DNA of 64,000 nucleotides from Escherichia coli (GTDB lineage Bacteria; Pseudomonadota; Gammaproteobacteria; Enterobacterales; Enterobacteriaceae): NCBI RefSeq assembly GCF_001677475.2, contig NZ_CP015229.1; one strand, 5' to 3'. Shown piece by piece: positions 49,414 to 64,000 of this stretch (position 1 is its first letter; each line of letters starts with the position of its first letter). The notes under the pieces were generated by a model. It saw only the letters and a program-made list of their open reading frames with translations, ran no database searches and was not told where the DNA came from. The position numbers and the translations under genes were made by a program.

Positions 49414-49746
49414 TTAGATCGGGATATCGCTGGTCGGCTTAGCCGGAGCAACTGGCTGAGTTTGTTCGGTTTTCGCCGGCGCACTCAGGTTTTCCCATTC
49501 GCTACCTTTATTGGTTTTATTGTTATTGATGTTACCCAGCACCAGACTGATGATGAAGAATAACGTTGCCAGCAGCGCCGTCATGCGGGTCATGAAGTTA
49601 CCAGAACCACTTGAACCAAACAGCGTAGCGGAAGCGCCTGCTCCGAAGGAGGCTCCCATATCAGCGCCTTTACCTTGCTGCAGCATGATCAGACCAACAA
49701 GGCCAATTGCCACAATAAGGAAAACTACTAAAAGAGCTTCGTACAT
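49414..49746 (-). CDS. secG: Protein-export membrane protein SecG, 110 aa
   Basis: Start at internal ATG (MYEALLVVFLIVAIGLVGLIMLQQGKGADMGASFGAG). Confidence 0.95.
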   Translation of the reverse strand: MYEALLVVFLIVAIGLVGLIMLQQGKGADMGASFGAGASATLFGSSGSGNFMTRMTALLATLFFIISLVLGNINNNKTNKGSEWENLSAPAKTEQTQPVAPAKPTSDIPI

Positions 49747-49928
49747 AATCAACCTGTTCCTTGCGGAGTTGCCGCGTACCAATGCTTCAACCAATAAAGC
49801 GGGAGTTTTTAATCTTTCCCACTGAAGCGGGTGTGAATACTAACCAAAGCGAATGACCTTCGCAAGGGCAATTTTATCGCATTGTATCAACTGCGGAAAA
49901 AAACAGCAAAACCGATGTGTTCGCTGAG

Positions 49929-49950
49929 AAAAAAGGCGACAATCGCCGCC
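49929..49950 (-). terminator. Hairpin and T-run after glmM
   Basis: Minus strand: ggcga-ttg-tcgcc stem followed by tttttt. Confidence 0.6.
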
Positions 49951-49973
49951 TTTTTAGCCAGTCATTTATCGTT

Positions 49974-51311
49974 TTAAACGGCTTTTACTGCATCGGCGAT
50001 ACGGTGTGCAAATTCAGTTACCTGCGCTTCGTCTTCACCTTCTACCATCACGCGAATTAACGGTTCGGTGCCGGATTTACGCAACAGCACACGTCCACGA
50101 CTACCCAGCGCCGCTTCAACTTCGGCGGTCACAGCTTTGACTGATTCATGCTCCAGTGGATCGCCGCTACCTGCGGTGTAACGCACGTTAACCAGAATCT
50201 GCGGGAACATTTTCATGCCGCTGCAAAGGTCGTGCAGGCTCATATGGTTACGTGCCATCGCCGCCAGCACCTGCAAGCCAGCAACGATGCCGTCACCGGT
50301 AGTGGTTTTATCCAGCAGGATCACATGACCGGAATTCTCTGCACCGATACGCCAGCCTTTCTCCTGCATTTTTTCCAGTACGTAGCGGTCACCCACTTTC
50401 GCGCGCGCAAATGGAATTCCTAACTGTTTCAGCGCCAGTTCAAGCCCCATGTTGCTCATCAATGTACCCACAGCGCCACCACGCAGCTGGCCCTGACGAA
50501 GACCTTCACGCGCGATGATATACATGATCTGATCGCCATCGACTTTATTGCCTTCATGGTCAACCATAATCACGCGATCGCCGTCGCCGTCAAAGGCGAT
50601 ACCGAGATCTGCTTTTTCAGCCAGTACGCGCGCCTGTAACGCACGAACATCAGTTGCGCCCACTTCGGCATTGATATTTACACCGTTCGGCTCACAACCG
50701 ATAGCGATAACGTTAGCCCCCAGTTCGCGCAGCACGTTCGGCGCGATGTGATAAGTCGCACCGTTTGCACAATCCACCACAATCTTCAGTTCACTGAGGC
50801 TAAGTTCGTTCGGGAACGTGGCTTTGCAAAACTCGATATAACGACCCGCGGCATCAACGATACGGCTGGCTTTACCCAGTTCTGCCGAATCAACGCAGCT
50901 GATCTCTTTTTCCATTTCCGCTTCGATGGCCTCTTCTACCGCATCTGGTAGTTTGGTGCCGTCGATAGAGAAGAATTTAATGCCATTATCGTAGAACGGG
51001 TTATGCGATGCAGATATCACAATGCCGGCCTCTGCGCGGAAGGTACGCGTCAGATAAGCCACGGCCGGTGTTGGCATCGGACCAGTGAAGAGTGCGGAAA
51101 GGCCCGCAGCCGCCAGACCCGCTTCCAGTGCTGACTCCAGCATATAGCCAGAAATACGCGTGTCTTTACCAATAATAATCTTACGGGAGCCGTGGCGCGC
51201 CAGCACTTTACCCGCGGCCCAACCCAGCTTAAGCACAAAATCAGGTGTGATCGGCGCATCCCCTACACGACCACGAATCCCATCGGTACCGAAATATTTA
51301 CGATTACTCAT
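49974..51311 (-). CDS. glmM: Phosphoglucosamine mutase, 445 aa
   Basis: 445 aa [20 protein letters not shown]; active-site Ser motif region SASHNP. Confidence 0.97.
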   Translation of the reverse strand: MSNRKYFGTDGIRGRVGDAPITPDFVLKLGWAAGKVLARHGSRKIIIGKDTRISGYMLESALEAGLAAAGLSALFTGPMPTPAVAYLTRTFRAEAGIVISASHNPFYDNGIKFFSIDGTKLPDAVEEAIEAEMEKEISCVDSAELGKASRIVDAAGRYIEFCKATFPNELSLSELKIVVDCANGATYHIAPNVLRELGANVIAIGCEPNGVNINAEVGATDVRALQARVLAEKADLGIAFDGDGDRVIMVDHEGNKVDGDQIMYIIAREGLRQGQLRGGAVGTLMSNMGLELALKQLGIPFARAKVGDRYVLEKMQEKGWRIGAENSGHVILLDKTTTGDGIVAGLQVLAAMARNHMSLHDLCSGMKMFPQILVNVRYTAGSGDPLEHESVKAVTAEVEAALGSRGRVLLRKSGTEPLIRVMVEGEDEAQVTEFAHRIADAVKAV

Positions 51312-52152
51312 AGCGTTTGTTTTCCTTTGCAGACAGAGTGGCTTCCACCACCCGCATCGCTTCTACGGTTTCTTTGACGTCATGAACACGAATGATGTGC
51401 GCGCCTTGCATTGCGGCAATGACCGCACAGGCCAGACTACCGCTCAGGCGCTCGGACGGCCCCACGTTCAGCAATTGCCCAATCATCGATTTTCGTGACA
51501 TACCCACCAACAGCGGCAGGTTGAAATGGTGAAATTCAGCCAGGCGCGCCAGTAATGAATAGTTATGGGAGAGATTTTTACCGAAACCGAATCCGGGGTC
51601 GAGCAACAATTTCTCTTTTGCGATACCCGCCTGCTCGCAACGTGCTATTTGCTCAATAAAGTAGCGATTCACTTCTGCAAAGACATCGTCATACTTCGGG
51701 GCTTCCTGCATGGTTTTTGGATTTCCCTGCATATGCATCAGGCAAACCGGCAAACCGGTCTCTGCAGCCGCCTCCAGAGCACCAGGTTCGGAAAGGGAGC
51801 GGATATCATTAATAATGTGAGCGCCAACTTTCGCTGACTCACGGATGACTTCTGGTTTGGATGTATCGACCGAGATCCAGACTTCGAAGCGTTGAGCAAT
51901 TGCCTCAACCACAGGAATGACACGTTGCAACTCTTCTTCAACGCTAACTTCCGCCGCCCCTGGGCGCGTGGACTCGCCACCAACGTCAATGATCGTCGCG
52001 CCAGCATTGATCATCAGATTCGCATGTTTCACCGCATCTATCAGCGAGTTATGCGTGCCACCATCCGAAAAGGAATCAGGCGTGACGTTGAGGATCCCCA
52101 TTACGTGAGGATGGCTAAGATCCAGTGAAGTACCCTGGGCAAAGAGTTTCAT
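51304..52152 (-). CDS. folP: Dihydropteroate synthase, 282 aa
   Basis: Start at internal ATG ([32 protein letters not shown]); overlaps the glmM start by 8 nt. Confidence 0.95.
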
Positions 52153-52241
52153 GATGTTATCCCTGGTATGAATTGATAAGAAAAAACCCCGGAGCACGCC
52201 CCGGGGTTTTCGGTACAAATACAGTCATCTGATGCGGGAAC

Positions 52242-54176
52242 TTACTTGTCGCCTAACTGCTCTGACATGGTGTTACCCGGGTTCGGCGTACGCGGTTCAT
52301 CAACCGGACGAGGAGCCTTTGGACTACCATTGTCGCCAGAATTGTTAGAAGCGCCTGGTTCTTCCCAGCCCGCTGGCGGACGTACATCGCGACGTGCCAT
52401 CAGGTCATCAATCTGCGGTGCGTCGATAGTCTCATATTTCATGAGAGCATCTTTCATCGCATGCAGAATATCCATATTGTCGGTCAGAAGCTGACGCGCA
52501 CGATTATAGTTACGCTCAATCAGTGCTTTCACTTCCTGGTCGATGATACGTGCAGTTTCATCGGACATATGTTTCGCTTTCGCTACGCTACGGCCGAGGA
52601 ACACTTCACCTTCTTCTTCCGCGTACAGCAGTGGCCCCAATTTCTCAGAGAAGCCCCACTGAGTCACCATGTTACGTGCCAGGTTGGTCGCAACTTTAAT
52701 ATCGTTGGACGCACCGGTAGAAACATGTTCCGGCCCGTAGATGATCTCTTCTGCCAGACGACCACCGTACAGCGTAGAAATCTGGCTTTCCAGTTTCTGA
52801 CGGCTGGCGCTGATTGCGTCGCCCTCAGGCAAGAAGAAAGTCACACCCAGCGCACGACCGCGTGGGATAATCGTCACTTTGTGCACCGGATCGTGTTCCG
52901 GCACCAGGCGACCGATAATTGCGTGACCCGCTTCGTGGTAAGCCGTCGATTCTTTCTGCGCTTCCGTCATCACCATGGAGCGACGTTCCGCACCCATCAT
53001 GATTTTGTCTTTCGCTTTCTCGAACTCAACCATCGACACAACGCGTTTGTTTCCACGAGCAGCGAACAGTGCCGCTTCGTTCACCAGGTTCGCCAGGTCA
53101 GCACCGGAGAAACCAGGAGTACCACGGGCAATGATTGCCGCGTCGATATCGGGTGCCAATGGTACGCGACGCATGTGAACTTTCAGGATCTGCTCACGAC
53201 CGCGAACATCTGGCAAGCCAACCACAACCTGACGGTCGAAACGGCCAGGACGCAGCAGCGCTGGGTCGAGAACGTCCGGACGGTTAGTCGCGGCGATAAC
53301 GATGATACCTTCGTTACCTTCGAAGCCATCCATCTCAACCAGCATCTGGTTCAGAGTCTGTTCACGTTCATCGTGACCACCGCCCAGACCAGCGCCACGC
53401 TGGCGGCCTACGGCGTCGATTTCATCGATAAAGATGATGCACGGTGCCGCTTTCTTCGCCTGTTCGAACATGTCACGAACACGGGATGCACCCACACCGA
53501 CGAACATTTCTACGAAGTCAGAACCGGAGATAGTAAAGAACGGAACTTTCGCTTCGCCTGCAATCGCTTTCGCCAGCAGCGTTTTACCGGTACCCGGAGG
53601 ACCGACCATCAGGACGCCTTTCGGGATCTTACCGCCGAGTTTCTGGAAGCGGCTCGGCTCGCGCAGATACTCAACCAGTTCAGCAACTTCTTCTTTTGCT
53701 TCGTCGCAGCCCGCAACGTCAGCAAAGGTCGTTTTGATCTGATCTTCCGTCAGCATGCGCGCTTTGCTCTTACCAAACGACATGGCACCTTTGCCACCGC
53801 CGCCCTGCATTTGACGCATGAAGAAGATCCAGACACCAATCAGCAACAGCATCGGGAACCAGGAGATGAAGATAGAAGCCAGCAGGCTTGGTTCTTCAGG
53901 CGGTTCACCGACAACCTTGACGTTCTTGGTCAACAGGTTATCCAGTAATTTCGGATCCTGAACCGGAATGTAAGTGGTATAACGGTTACTATCTTTCTTG
54001 GTAACGTTGATTTCACGTCCGTTGATACGCGCTTCACGAACCTGGTCGTTATTGACCTCTTGTAGGAAGGTAGAGTAATCCACCTTACGGCCATTAGACT
54101 CGCTGGGCCCAAAGCTCTGGAATACTGACATCAGCACAACGGCAATGACCAGCCAGAGTATTAGGTTTTTCGCCAT
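52242..54176 (-). CDS. ftsH: ATP-dependent zinc metalloprotease FtsH, 644 aa
   Basis: Start at internal ATG ([22 protein letters not shown]); Walker A GPPGTGKT; HEAGH zinc motif. Confidence 0.97.
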
Positions 54177-54275
54177 GTCACTCAAGGGATTAACCTCTTA
54201 TTACAACTGTGTTAAAAACAGCGTCAGGATACTCTATATCCAGCATCTTTCAAACTTTCGTCTGAAATCTCCCGG

Positions 54276-54905
54276 TTAGGGTTTACGCCCGGTCGCTACA
54301 ATATACACTTCCCGCGAACGTGCACGAGAAGAGTCCGGCTTACGAACTTTGACCTTCGTAAACAGGGAGCGAATTTCCCTTAGATACTCATCGAAACCTT
54401 CGCCCTGGAACACCTTCACTACAAAACTGCCACCTGGCGCTAATACATCACGACACATTTCTAGCGCCAGTTCCACCAGATACATGGCACGGGGGATATC
54501 CACCGCCGGTGTTCCGCTCATGTTTGGTGCCATATCGGACATGACAACCTGGACTTTGCTGTCGCCAACGCGCTCCAGCAGTGCTTTCATCACCAGTTCA
54601 TCACGAAAATCGCCCTGAAGAAAGTCCACACCAACGATAGGATCCATAGGTAAAAGATCGCAAGCGATGATGCGGCCTTTGCCGCCAATTTGGGTGACCA
54701 CATATTGTGACCAACCACCCGGAGCAGCACCAAGGTCGACAACCGTCATTCCCGGTTTAAAGAGTTTGTCACTTTGCTGTATTTCATCAAGTTTAAACCA
54801 GGCACGGGAACGTAACCCCTTTTTCTGTGCCTGTTGAACATATTTATCGCTAAAGTGTTCCTGAAGCCAGCGGCTGGAGCTGGCAGAACGCTTCTTACCT
54901 GTCAT
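54276..54905 (-). CDS. rlmE: 23S rRNA U2552 2'-O-methyltransferase (FtsJ/RrmJ), 209 aa
   Basis: 209 aa [47 protein letters not shown]. Confidence 0.95.
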
Positions 54906-55030
54906 TTAACTTTCCCATGGGGATAACTCATCGTAACCAATTGCGTAAATTTTTACGCGCCTATTTGGTGATATATGGGAGATGGCGGTAGAATGACCCG
55001 TTTTCAATCCCAACGTAAGCAAAAAATACG

Positions 55031-55324
55031 ATGAATCTGAGTACTAAACAAAAACAGCACCTGAAAGGTCTGGCACATCCGCTCAAGCCAGTTGTTCTGC
55101 TTGGCAGTAATGGTTTGACCGAAGGGGTGCTGGCCGAGATTGAACAAGCGTTAGAGCACCATGAACTCATCAAGGTGAAAATCGCCACCGAAGATCGCGA
55201 AACTAAAACCTTGATCGTGGAAGCTATCGTGCGCGAAACCGGCGCCTGTAATGTACAGGTCATCGGTAAAACGCTGGTGCTTTATCGCCCAACTAAAGAA
55301 CGTAAAATCTCGCTGCCACGCTAA
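55031..55324 (+). CDS. yhbY: CRM-domain RNA-binding protein, 97 aa
   Basis: 97 aa ORF MNLSTKQKQHLKGLAHPLKPVVLLGSNGLTEGVLAEIEQALEHHELIKVKI. Confidence 0.93.
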   Translation: MNLSTKQKQHLKGLAHPLKPVVLLGSNGLTEGVLAEIEQALEHHELIKVKIATEDRETKTLIVEAIVRETGACNVQVIGKTLVLYRPTKERKISLPR

Positions 55325-55412
55325 GATTATCCTAAAGTTACACACATTTGCTGTGTAAAACGAGGGGTTTTCCGCAGGCAGGAGAGCAAAATGCCACGCT
55401 CTGTTCGTTGAT

Positions 55413-55437
55413 AAAAGGCCGCATAGCGGCCTTTTTC
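55413..55437. terminator. Bidirectional intrinsic terminator between yhbY and greA
   Basis: aaaaggccgc-atag-cggccttttt: A-run, hairpin, T-run. Confidence 0.8.
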
Positions 55438-55479
55438 CTTTCTTTACAATACATCAACATCTTGAGTATTGGGTAATTC

Positions 55480-55956
<477 letters not shown>

Positions 55957-56203
55957 TTGTTATACCTCTTGAATATTCCTGATGGGGCAAGTCTTCACCC
56001 ACCCCGGCTGTTCGGCCTGCCCGGCATAACTCCTCACCGGGACCAGAAGCAAAAAAATACCGACCCGGGTACAAGTCCCAGGTCAGCTACAATTCACATT
56101 TTGATAGTCATTTTACCCTGAAGTTCCCGAAGGGTCATCGTTTACTTTATAGGGCGTTGCGCCGTAGTATGACGGCTCGATTCCAGGTTGTTAGCGCGAG
56201 ATT

Positions 56204-57637
56204 ATGCGATTTTCCAGATTTATCATCGGATTGGCCAGCTGTATAGCGTTCAGTGTTCAGGCCGCAAATGTTGATGAGTACATTACTCAACTCCCCGCTG
56301 GTGCCAACCTTGCCCTGATGGTGCAAAAAGTCGGCGCGTCGGCCCCCGCTATTGATTACCACAGTCAGCAGATGGCGCTGCCCGCCAGTACGCAGAAAGT
56401 GATTACTGCGCTGGCGGCGTTGATTCAACTCGGCCCCGATTTTCGTTTTACCACGACGCTTGAAACCAAAGGCAATGTGGAAAACGGCGTACTTAAGGGT
56501 GACTTAGTGGCGCGATTTGGTGCCGATCCGACGTTAAAACGTCAGGATATTCGCAATATGGTCGCGACTTTGAAAAAATCTGGCGTCAACCAAATCGATG
56601 GCAATGTGTTTATAGATACCTCCATTTTCGCCAGCCACGATAAAGCCCCCGGCTGGCCATGGAATGACATGACACAATGCTTTAGCGCTCCGCCTGCCGC
56701 CGCCATAGTTGACCGCAACTGTTTCTCCGTCTCGCTCTACAGTGCCCCAAAACCTGGTGATATGGCTTTTATACGCGTGGCATCTTATTACCCCGTTACG
56801 ATGTTCAGCCAGGTACGCACCCTCCCCCGTGGTTCTGCCGAAGCGCAATACTGCGAACTGGATGTGGTGCCAGGCGACCTGAACCGCTTTACGCTGACGG
56901 GATGCCTGCCACAACGTTCTGAGCCGCTCCCGTTGGCTTTTGCCGTGCAGGATGGAGCCAGCTATGCCGGTGCAATTCTGAAAGATGAGTTAAAACAGGC
57001 GGGTATCACCTGGAGCGGAACACTGCTGCGCCAGACTCAGGTTAACGAACCTGGAACGGTAGTTGCCAGTAAACAGTCGGCCCCGCTGCACGATCTGCTT
57101 AAGATTATGCTGAAAAAGTCGGACAACATGATCGCCGATACGGTTTTCCGCATGATAGGCCATGCGCGCTTCAATGTGCCTGGAACATGGCGGGCCGGGT
57201 CGGACGCCGTGCGTCAGATCCTGCGCCAGCAAGCCGGTGTCGATATTGGAAACACCATTATTGCCGATGGTTCAGGGCTTTCGCGGCATAACCTGATTGC
57301 CCCCGCTACCATGATGCAGGTGCTGCAATACATTGCCCAACACGACAATGAACTTAACTTTATCTCCATGCTGCCGCTGGCGGGCTATGACGGCTCTTTG
57401 CAGTACCGTGCAGGTCTGCATCAGGCGGGCGTGGATGGAAAAGTCTCAGCGAAAACCGGTTCGTTGCAGGGGGTATATAACCTGGCGGGATTCATTACCA
57501 CAGCGAGCGGGCAACGAATGGCGTTTGTGCAATATCTTTCTGGCTATGCCGTAGAGCCGGCGGATCAGCGTAATCGCCGTATTCCGTTAGTGCGTTTTGA
57601 AAGCCGTTTGTATAAAGATATTTATCAGAATAATTAG
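56204..57637 (+). CDS. dacB: D-alanyl-D-alanine carboxypeptidase/endopeptidase PBP4, 477 aa
   Basis: 477 aa; signal peptide MRFSRFIIGLASCIAFSVQA; active-site STQK motif region. Confidence 0.95.
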   Translation: MRFSRFIIGLASCIAFSVQAANVDEYITQLPAGANLALMVQKVGASAPAIDYHSQQMALPASTQKVITALAALIQLGPDFRFTTTLETKGNVENGVLKGDLVARFGADPTLKRQDIRNMVATLKKSGVNQIDGNVFIDTSIFASHDKAPGWPWNDMTQCFSAPPAAAIVDRNCFSVSLYSAPKPGDMAFIRVASYYPVTMFSQVRTLPRGSAEAQYCELDVVPGDLNRFTLTGCLPQRSEPLPLAFAVQDGASYAGAILKDELKQAGITWSGTLLRQTQVNEPGTVVASKQSAPLHDLLKIMLKKSDNMIADTVFRMIGHARFNVPGTWRAGSDAVRQILRQQAGVDIGNTIIADGSGLSRHNLIAPATMMQVLQYIAQHDNELNFISMLPLAGYDGSLQYRAGLHQAGVDGKVSAKTGSLQGVYNLAGFITTASGQRMAFVQYLSGYAVEPADQRNRRIPLVRFESRLYKDIYQNN

Positions 57638-57644
57638 TCTAAAG

Positions 57645-57673
57645 AGAAACCCCGGCACATGGCCGGGGTTTTG
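57645..57673. terminator. Bidirectional intrinsic terminator between dacB and obgE
   Basis: gaaaccccggc-acat-ggccggggtttt. Confidence 0.8.
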
Positions 57674-57677
57674 CTGA

Positions 57678-58865
<1,188 letters not shown>

Positions 58866-59831
58866 TCATTCGCCTGCGCGGGGTTGCGATACCACCGTTG
58901 TATGCTTACGTAATCCGCCCCAAATACGATGACCAATGGCGGAATACATCGCGCCCGCAACCACGACAAACGCACCGAGATAACCTAAAAGGTTTAACAT
59001 CGGTCTGGCGAAGAAATCGGGCCAGGCCAGTGATAAAAGATCTGAAAAAAACAGCGTAAACAGTGGGGTGAGCGTGATGATCGCGCTCACCTGCGCTGCC
59101 TGCCAGCGAGCCATCGCTTCCGCCAGGGCGCCATATCCTACCAATGTATTCAGTCCGCAAAAAATTAAACATGCGAGCTGCCAGTGGCTAAGCTGCGCTA
59201 TCACTCCTGGCTTTGCCAGAGGGAAGAGCGCGATTGTACACAAAGTGTACAGTAAAAACAGGATCTGCGGTGAGGCCAGCCGACGCAATAAAACCTTTTG
59301 CGCCACGCCATAACTCACCCAAACCGTCGCAGCACCGACCCCAAAGATAACTCCCCAGGTGTAATCGGTTAGCTTTGTAAATATCTCGACCAGACTGGTG
59401 TTAAAAAACATCACCAGGCCGCTCAGGAGCATCAATGCCCCTACAACCTGAGTGCTGCGCATTTTCTCTTTCAGGATAAATACGCTGGCAACCATCATGC
59501 CAACTGGCGAGAGTTGCCCAATCACCTGCGAAGCGGTCGGACTCAGGTATTGCAAGGATGAGCTGAACAGGATGAAGTTCCCAAACAGCCCGGCGGTCGC
59601 CACTGCCAACAAAATCAACCAGCGTGGCTTACGAAACACGCGTAATGGCGGCAACCTCTTCTTCACCGCAAGAATGGCACCAAGGCCAATACTCGCCATC
59701 AAGAAACGGTAAAACACGATTGTCGGAGGTTCCATCACCTCCAGCACCTGCTTCATTGCGATTGGCAACGCCCCCCAGCAAATTGCTGTGGTGAGCGCCA
59801 AAAGAATGCCAATGCCTGCCTGCTGCTTCAT
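58866..59831 (-). CDS. yhbE: EamA-family (DMT) inner-membrane transporter, 321 aa
   Basis: 321 aa ten-helix membrane ORF. Confidence 0.88.
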   Translation of the reverse strand: MKQQAGIGILLALTTAICWGALPIAMKQVLEVMEPPTIVFYRFLMASIGLGAILAVKKRLPPLRVFRKPRWLILLAVATAGLFGNFILFSSSLQYLSPTASQVIGQLSPVGMMVASVFILKEKMRSTQVVGALMLLSGLVMFFNTSLVEIFTKLTDYTWGVIFGVGAATVWVSYGVAQKVLLRRLASPQILFLLYTLCTIALFPLAKPGVIAQLSHWQLACLIFCGLNTLVGYGALAEAMARWQAAQVSAIITLTPLFTLFFSDLLSLAWPDFFARPMLNLLGYLGAFVVVAGAMYSAIGHRIWGGLRKHTTVVSQPRAGE

Positions 59832-59902
59832 ACCGTATTCCCTGCAAAGCGCATTTGCGGATTAACGTCGCACCATGCGCATTTTTACCGGTTATCGAAT
59901 GT

Positions 59903-59929
59903 AAAAAGCCCCGCAACGTGTTGCGGGGC
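59903..59929 (-). terminator. Intrinsic terminator after rplU-rpmA
   Basis: Minus strand: gccccgcaacacgttgcggggc followed by ttttt. Confidence 0.8.
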
Positions 59930-59957
59930 TTTCATCCGTTACCGGGACGCGAAAAAC

Positions 59958-60583
<626 letters not shown>

Positions 60584-60805
60584 TCAGAGTGCGCTATAAA
60601 TATTCACAATAGGGCGCGAATATTACGCAAAACGCACGCCTTTGACAAGTGCTACAGTCAATACACGAAGAAAAAAAACACAACTTGTACGGTAACGTTT
60701 ATCTGTGCCATTTTTTCAGTACAATCACCCTATATTCCTAACCATAAACCCTAAGTTGCCTTTGTTCACAGTAAGGTAATCGGGGCGAAAAGCCCGGCTT
60801 TTGCG

Positions 60806-61777
60806 ATGAATTTAGAAAAAATCAATGAGTTAACCGCGCAAGATATGGCGGGTGTTAATGCGGCAATCCTTGAGCAGCTTAATTCCGACGTCCAACTGAT
60901 CAATCAGTTAGGCTATTACATCGTCAGCGGCGGCGGTAAACGTATTCGTCCGATGATTGCTGTACTGGCTGCACGAGCTGTTGGCTATGAGGGAAATGCG
61001 CATGTCACCATTGCTGCCCTGATCGAGTTTATCCACACGGCGACTCTGCTACACGACGACGTTGTGGATGAATCAGATATGCGCAGGGGTAAAGCTACAG
61101 CCAACGCCGCATTTGGCAATGCCGCCAGCGTGCTGGTAGGCGATTTTATTTATACCCGCGCGTTCCAGATGATGACCAGCCTCGGTTCTCTCAAAGTGCT
61201 GGAAGTCATGTCAGAAGCCGTAAACGTCATCGCAGAAGGTGAAGTTCTGCAACTGATGAACGTTAACGATCCGGACATCACTGAAGAAAACTACATGCGC
61301 GTTATCTATAGCAAAACCGCGCGTCTGTTTGAGGCTGCCGCGCAGTGTTCCGGGATTCTGGCTGGCTGTACGCCGGAGGAGGAGAAAGGCCTGCAGGATT
61401 ATGGGCGCTATCTCGGCACTGCTTTCCAGTTGATCGACGATTTACTCGATTACAATGCCGATGGCGAACAGTTAGGTAAAAACGTCGGCGACGATCTGAA
61501 CGAAGGTAAACCGACGCTGCCGCTGCTGCATGCGATGCATCATGGCACACCAGAACAGGCACAGATGATTCGTATCGCCATCGAACAGGGTAACGGTCGC
61601 CATCTTCTGGAACCGGTTCTGGAAGCAATGAACGCTTGTGGATCTCTTGAATGGACGCGTCAGCGTGCCGAGGAAGAAGCAGACAAAGCCATCGCAGCGT
61701 TACAGGTGCTCCCGGACACCCCTTGGCGAGAAGCACTCATCGGCCTCGCACACATCGCTGTTCAACGCGATCGTTAA
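60806..61777 (+). CDS. ispB: Octaprenyl diphosphate synthase, 323 aa
   Basis: 323 aa; polyprenyl synthase motifs DDVVDESDMRRG and FQLIDDLLD. Confidence 0.95.
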   Translation: MNLEKINELTAQDMAGVNAAILEQLNSDVQLINQLGYYIVSGGGKRIRPMIAVLAARAVGYEGNAHVTIAALIEFIHTATLLHDDVVDESDMRRGKATANAAFGNAASVLVGDFIYTRAFQMMTSLGSLKVLEVMSEAVNVIAEGEVLQLMNVNDPDITEENYMRVIYSKTARLFEAAAQCSGILAGCTPEEEKGLQDYGRYLGTAFQLIDDLLDYNADGEQLGKNVGDDLNEGKPTLPLLHAMHHGTPEQAQMIRIAIEQGNGRHLLEPVLEAMNACGSLEWTRQRAEEEADKAIAALQVLPDTPWREALIGLAHIAVQRDR

Positions 61778-61789
61778 TCCCCTCCCCTC

Positions 61790-61810
61790 ATCCCGCGCAG
61801 TGCGCGGGAT
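61790..61810 (+). terminator. Palindromic hairpin after ispB (terminator-like, weak T-run)
   Basis: atcccgcgcagtgcgcgggat. Confidence 0.45.
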
Positions 61811-62004
61811 GATTCCAGTAAATTCCATAAAAACACTTATTCAGCTCTATAACACCTGAAAAACAGGGCTATGCATCTTTATATATTCTGAATATTCACA
61901 CTCTTTACAGGAACTTTTTAGAGCAATAGGCCATCAGGAGTATAGTGATGCTCGACAGAAGAAGTGTTCTGAATGAAAGCGACTAACTTAAGGAGTGAGG
62001 AAAG

Positions 62005-62283
62005 ATGGAAAGTAATTTCATTGACTGGCATCCCGCTGACATCATTGCGGGTTTGCGCAAGAAAGGAACGTCAATGGCGGCGGAATCTCGCAGAAATGGT
62101 TTGAGTTCCTCAACGCTGGCGAATGCATTATCGCGCCCATGGCCGAAAGGAGAGATGATTATTGCGAAAGCCCTGGGAACTGACCCCTGGGTTATCTGGC
62201 CATCACGCTACCATGATCCGCAGACTCATGAGTTTATCGACAGAACGCAGTTAATGCGTAGCTACACTAAACCGAAAAAATGA
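62005..62283 (+). CDS. sfsB: Ner-like DNA-binding protein SfsB (Nlp), 92 aa
   Basis: 92 aa ORF MESNFIDWHPADIIAGLRKKGTSMAAESRRNGLSSSTLANAL; SD aggag 9 nt upstream. Confidence 0.9.
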   Translation: MESNFIDWHPADIIAGLRKKGTSMAAESRRNGLSSSTLANALSRPWPKGEMIIAKALGTDPWVIWPSRYHDPQTHEFIDRTQLMRSYTKPKK

Positions 62284-62296
62284 GTGGTCTGGCGGT

Positions 62297-62313
62297 AGCC
62301 CCGCGAACGGGGC
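62297..62313. terminator. Hairpin between convergent sfsB and murA
   Basis: agccccg-cgaa-cggggct. Confidence 0.45.
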
Positions 62314-62330
62314 TGCCAGCTCTCAGACGA

Positions 62331-63590
<1,260 letters not shown>

Positions 63591-63644
63591 TTAGTTTGTT
63601 CTCAGTTAACAATTCATATCCGCTACCGGCGAATCGCCCATAGC

Positions 63645-63899
63645 TCAAAAGCCGTTCAGTTTGCGATCGCGCGCCCACTCCGCAGGGGTATACGCTTTGA
63701 TCGACACAGCATGAATGCGGTTATCCGCAATATATTCCATCAGCGGGCCATAGACCGTCTGCTGTTTTTTAACCCGACTCATGCCGTCAAACAACTCACC
63801 CACGGCAATAACCTGAAAGTGGCTGCCATCGCCGGAAACGTGGACTTCCTGGAGGGAGAGAGCGTTCATCAACACGCTCTGAATTTCATTATTTTCCAT
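63645..63899 (-). CDS. ibaG: BolA-family protein IbaG (YrbA), 84 aa
   Basis: Start at internal ATG ([47 protein letters not shown]). Confidence 0.9.
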
Positions 63900-64000
63900 G
63901 GGATCTTCAATCATCAGTTAATAAACCAGCGAAACATCTTAGAGCAAAGTTGCGCTGGCATAAATAAGCAAAAAGCCTCGCTGATAAATCAGACAAGGCT

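Noticed and set aside
63915-64000. Possible 3' end of the next upstream gene (mlaB/yrbB by K-12 synteny) at the right edge
   Set aside because: Only about 85 nt are available and I could not match any frame to a remembered C-terminal sequence; left unannotated.

Overview
This 64 kb window reads as a contiguous, gene-dense stretch of an Escherichia coli chromosome, and I found no convincing novel system in it. Every long ORF has the length and sequence features of a well-known E. coli core gene, and there are no transposases, integrases, phage genes, CRISPR arrays or defence-island content. All identifications are from reading the sequence and recalling the protein families and K-12 gene order; nothing was searched against a database. 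Gene order, left to right: yhaC 3' end, rnpB (RNase P RNA) with its 3' tandem repeats, garK-garR-garL-garP and divergent garD, prlF-yhaV toxin-antitoxin pair, agaR and the complete aga/kba cluster (kbaZ-agaVWEFA, agaS-kbaY-agaBCD-agaI), rsmI, lpoA-yraN-diaA-dolP, yraQ, yraR, yhbO, yhbP, yhbQ, yhbS, ubiT with divergent ubiU-ubiV, yhbW, mtr, deaD, nlpI, the pnp-rpsO-truB-rbfA-infB-nusA-rimP-metY supra-operon, argG, yhbX, leuU-secG, glmM-folP-ftsH-rlmE, yhbY, greA, dacB, obgE, yhbE, rpmA-rplU, ispB, sfsB, murA, ibaG. The strain is not K-12-like in three places: agaW/agaE/agaF/agaA are intact, agaI and rsmI are directly convergent with no yraHIJK fimbrial operon between them, and the metY initiator tRNA carries G rather than A at position 46. 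The most system-like element is the already-described PrlF-YhaV toxin-antitoxin pair. The remaining leads are modest: two short Shine-Dalgarno-led ORFs in intergenic spacers, and hairpin/T-run elements placed immediately upstream of rimP and rbfA.
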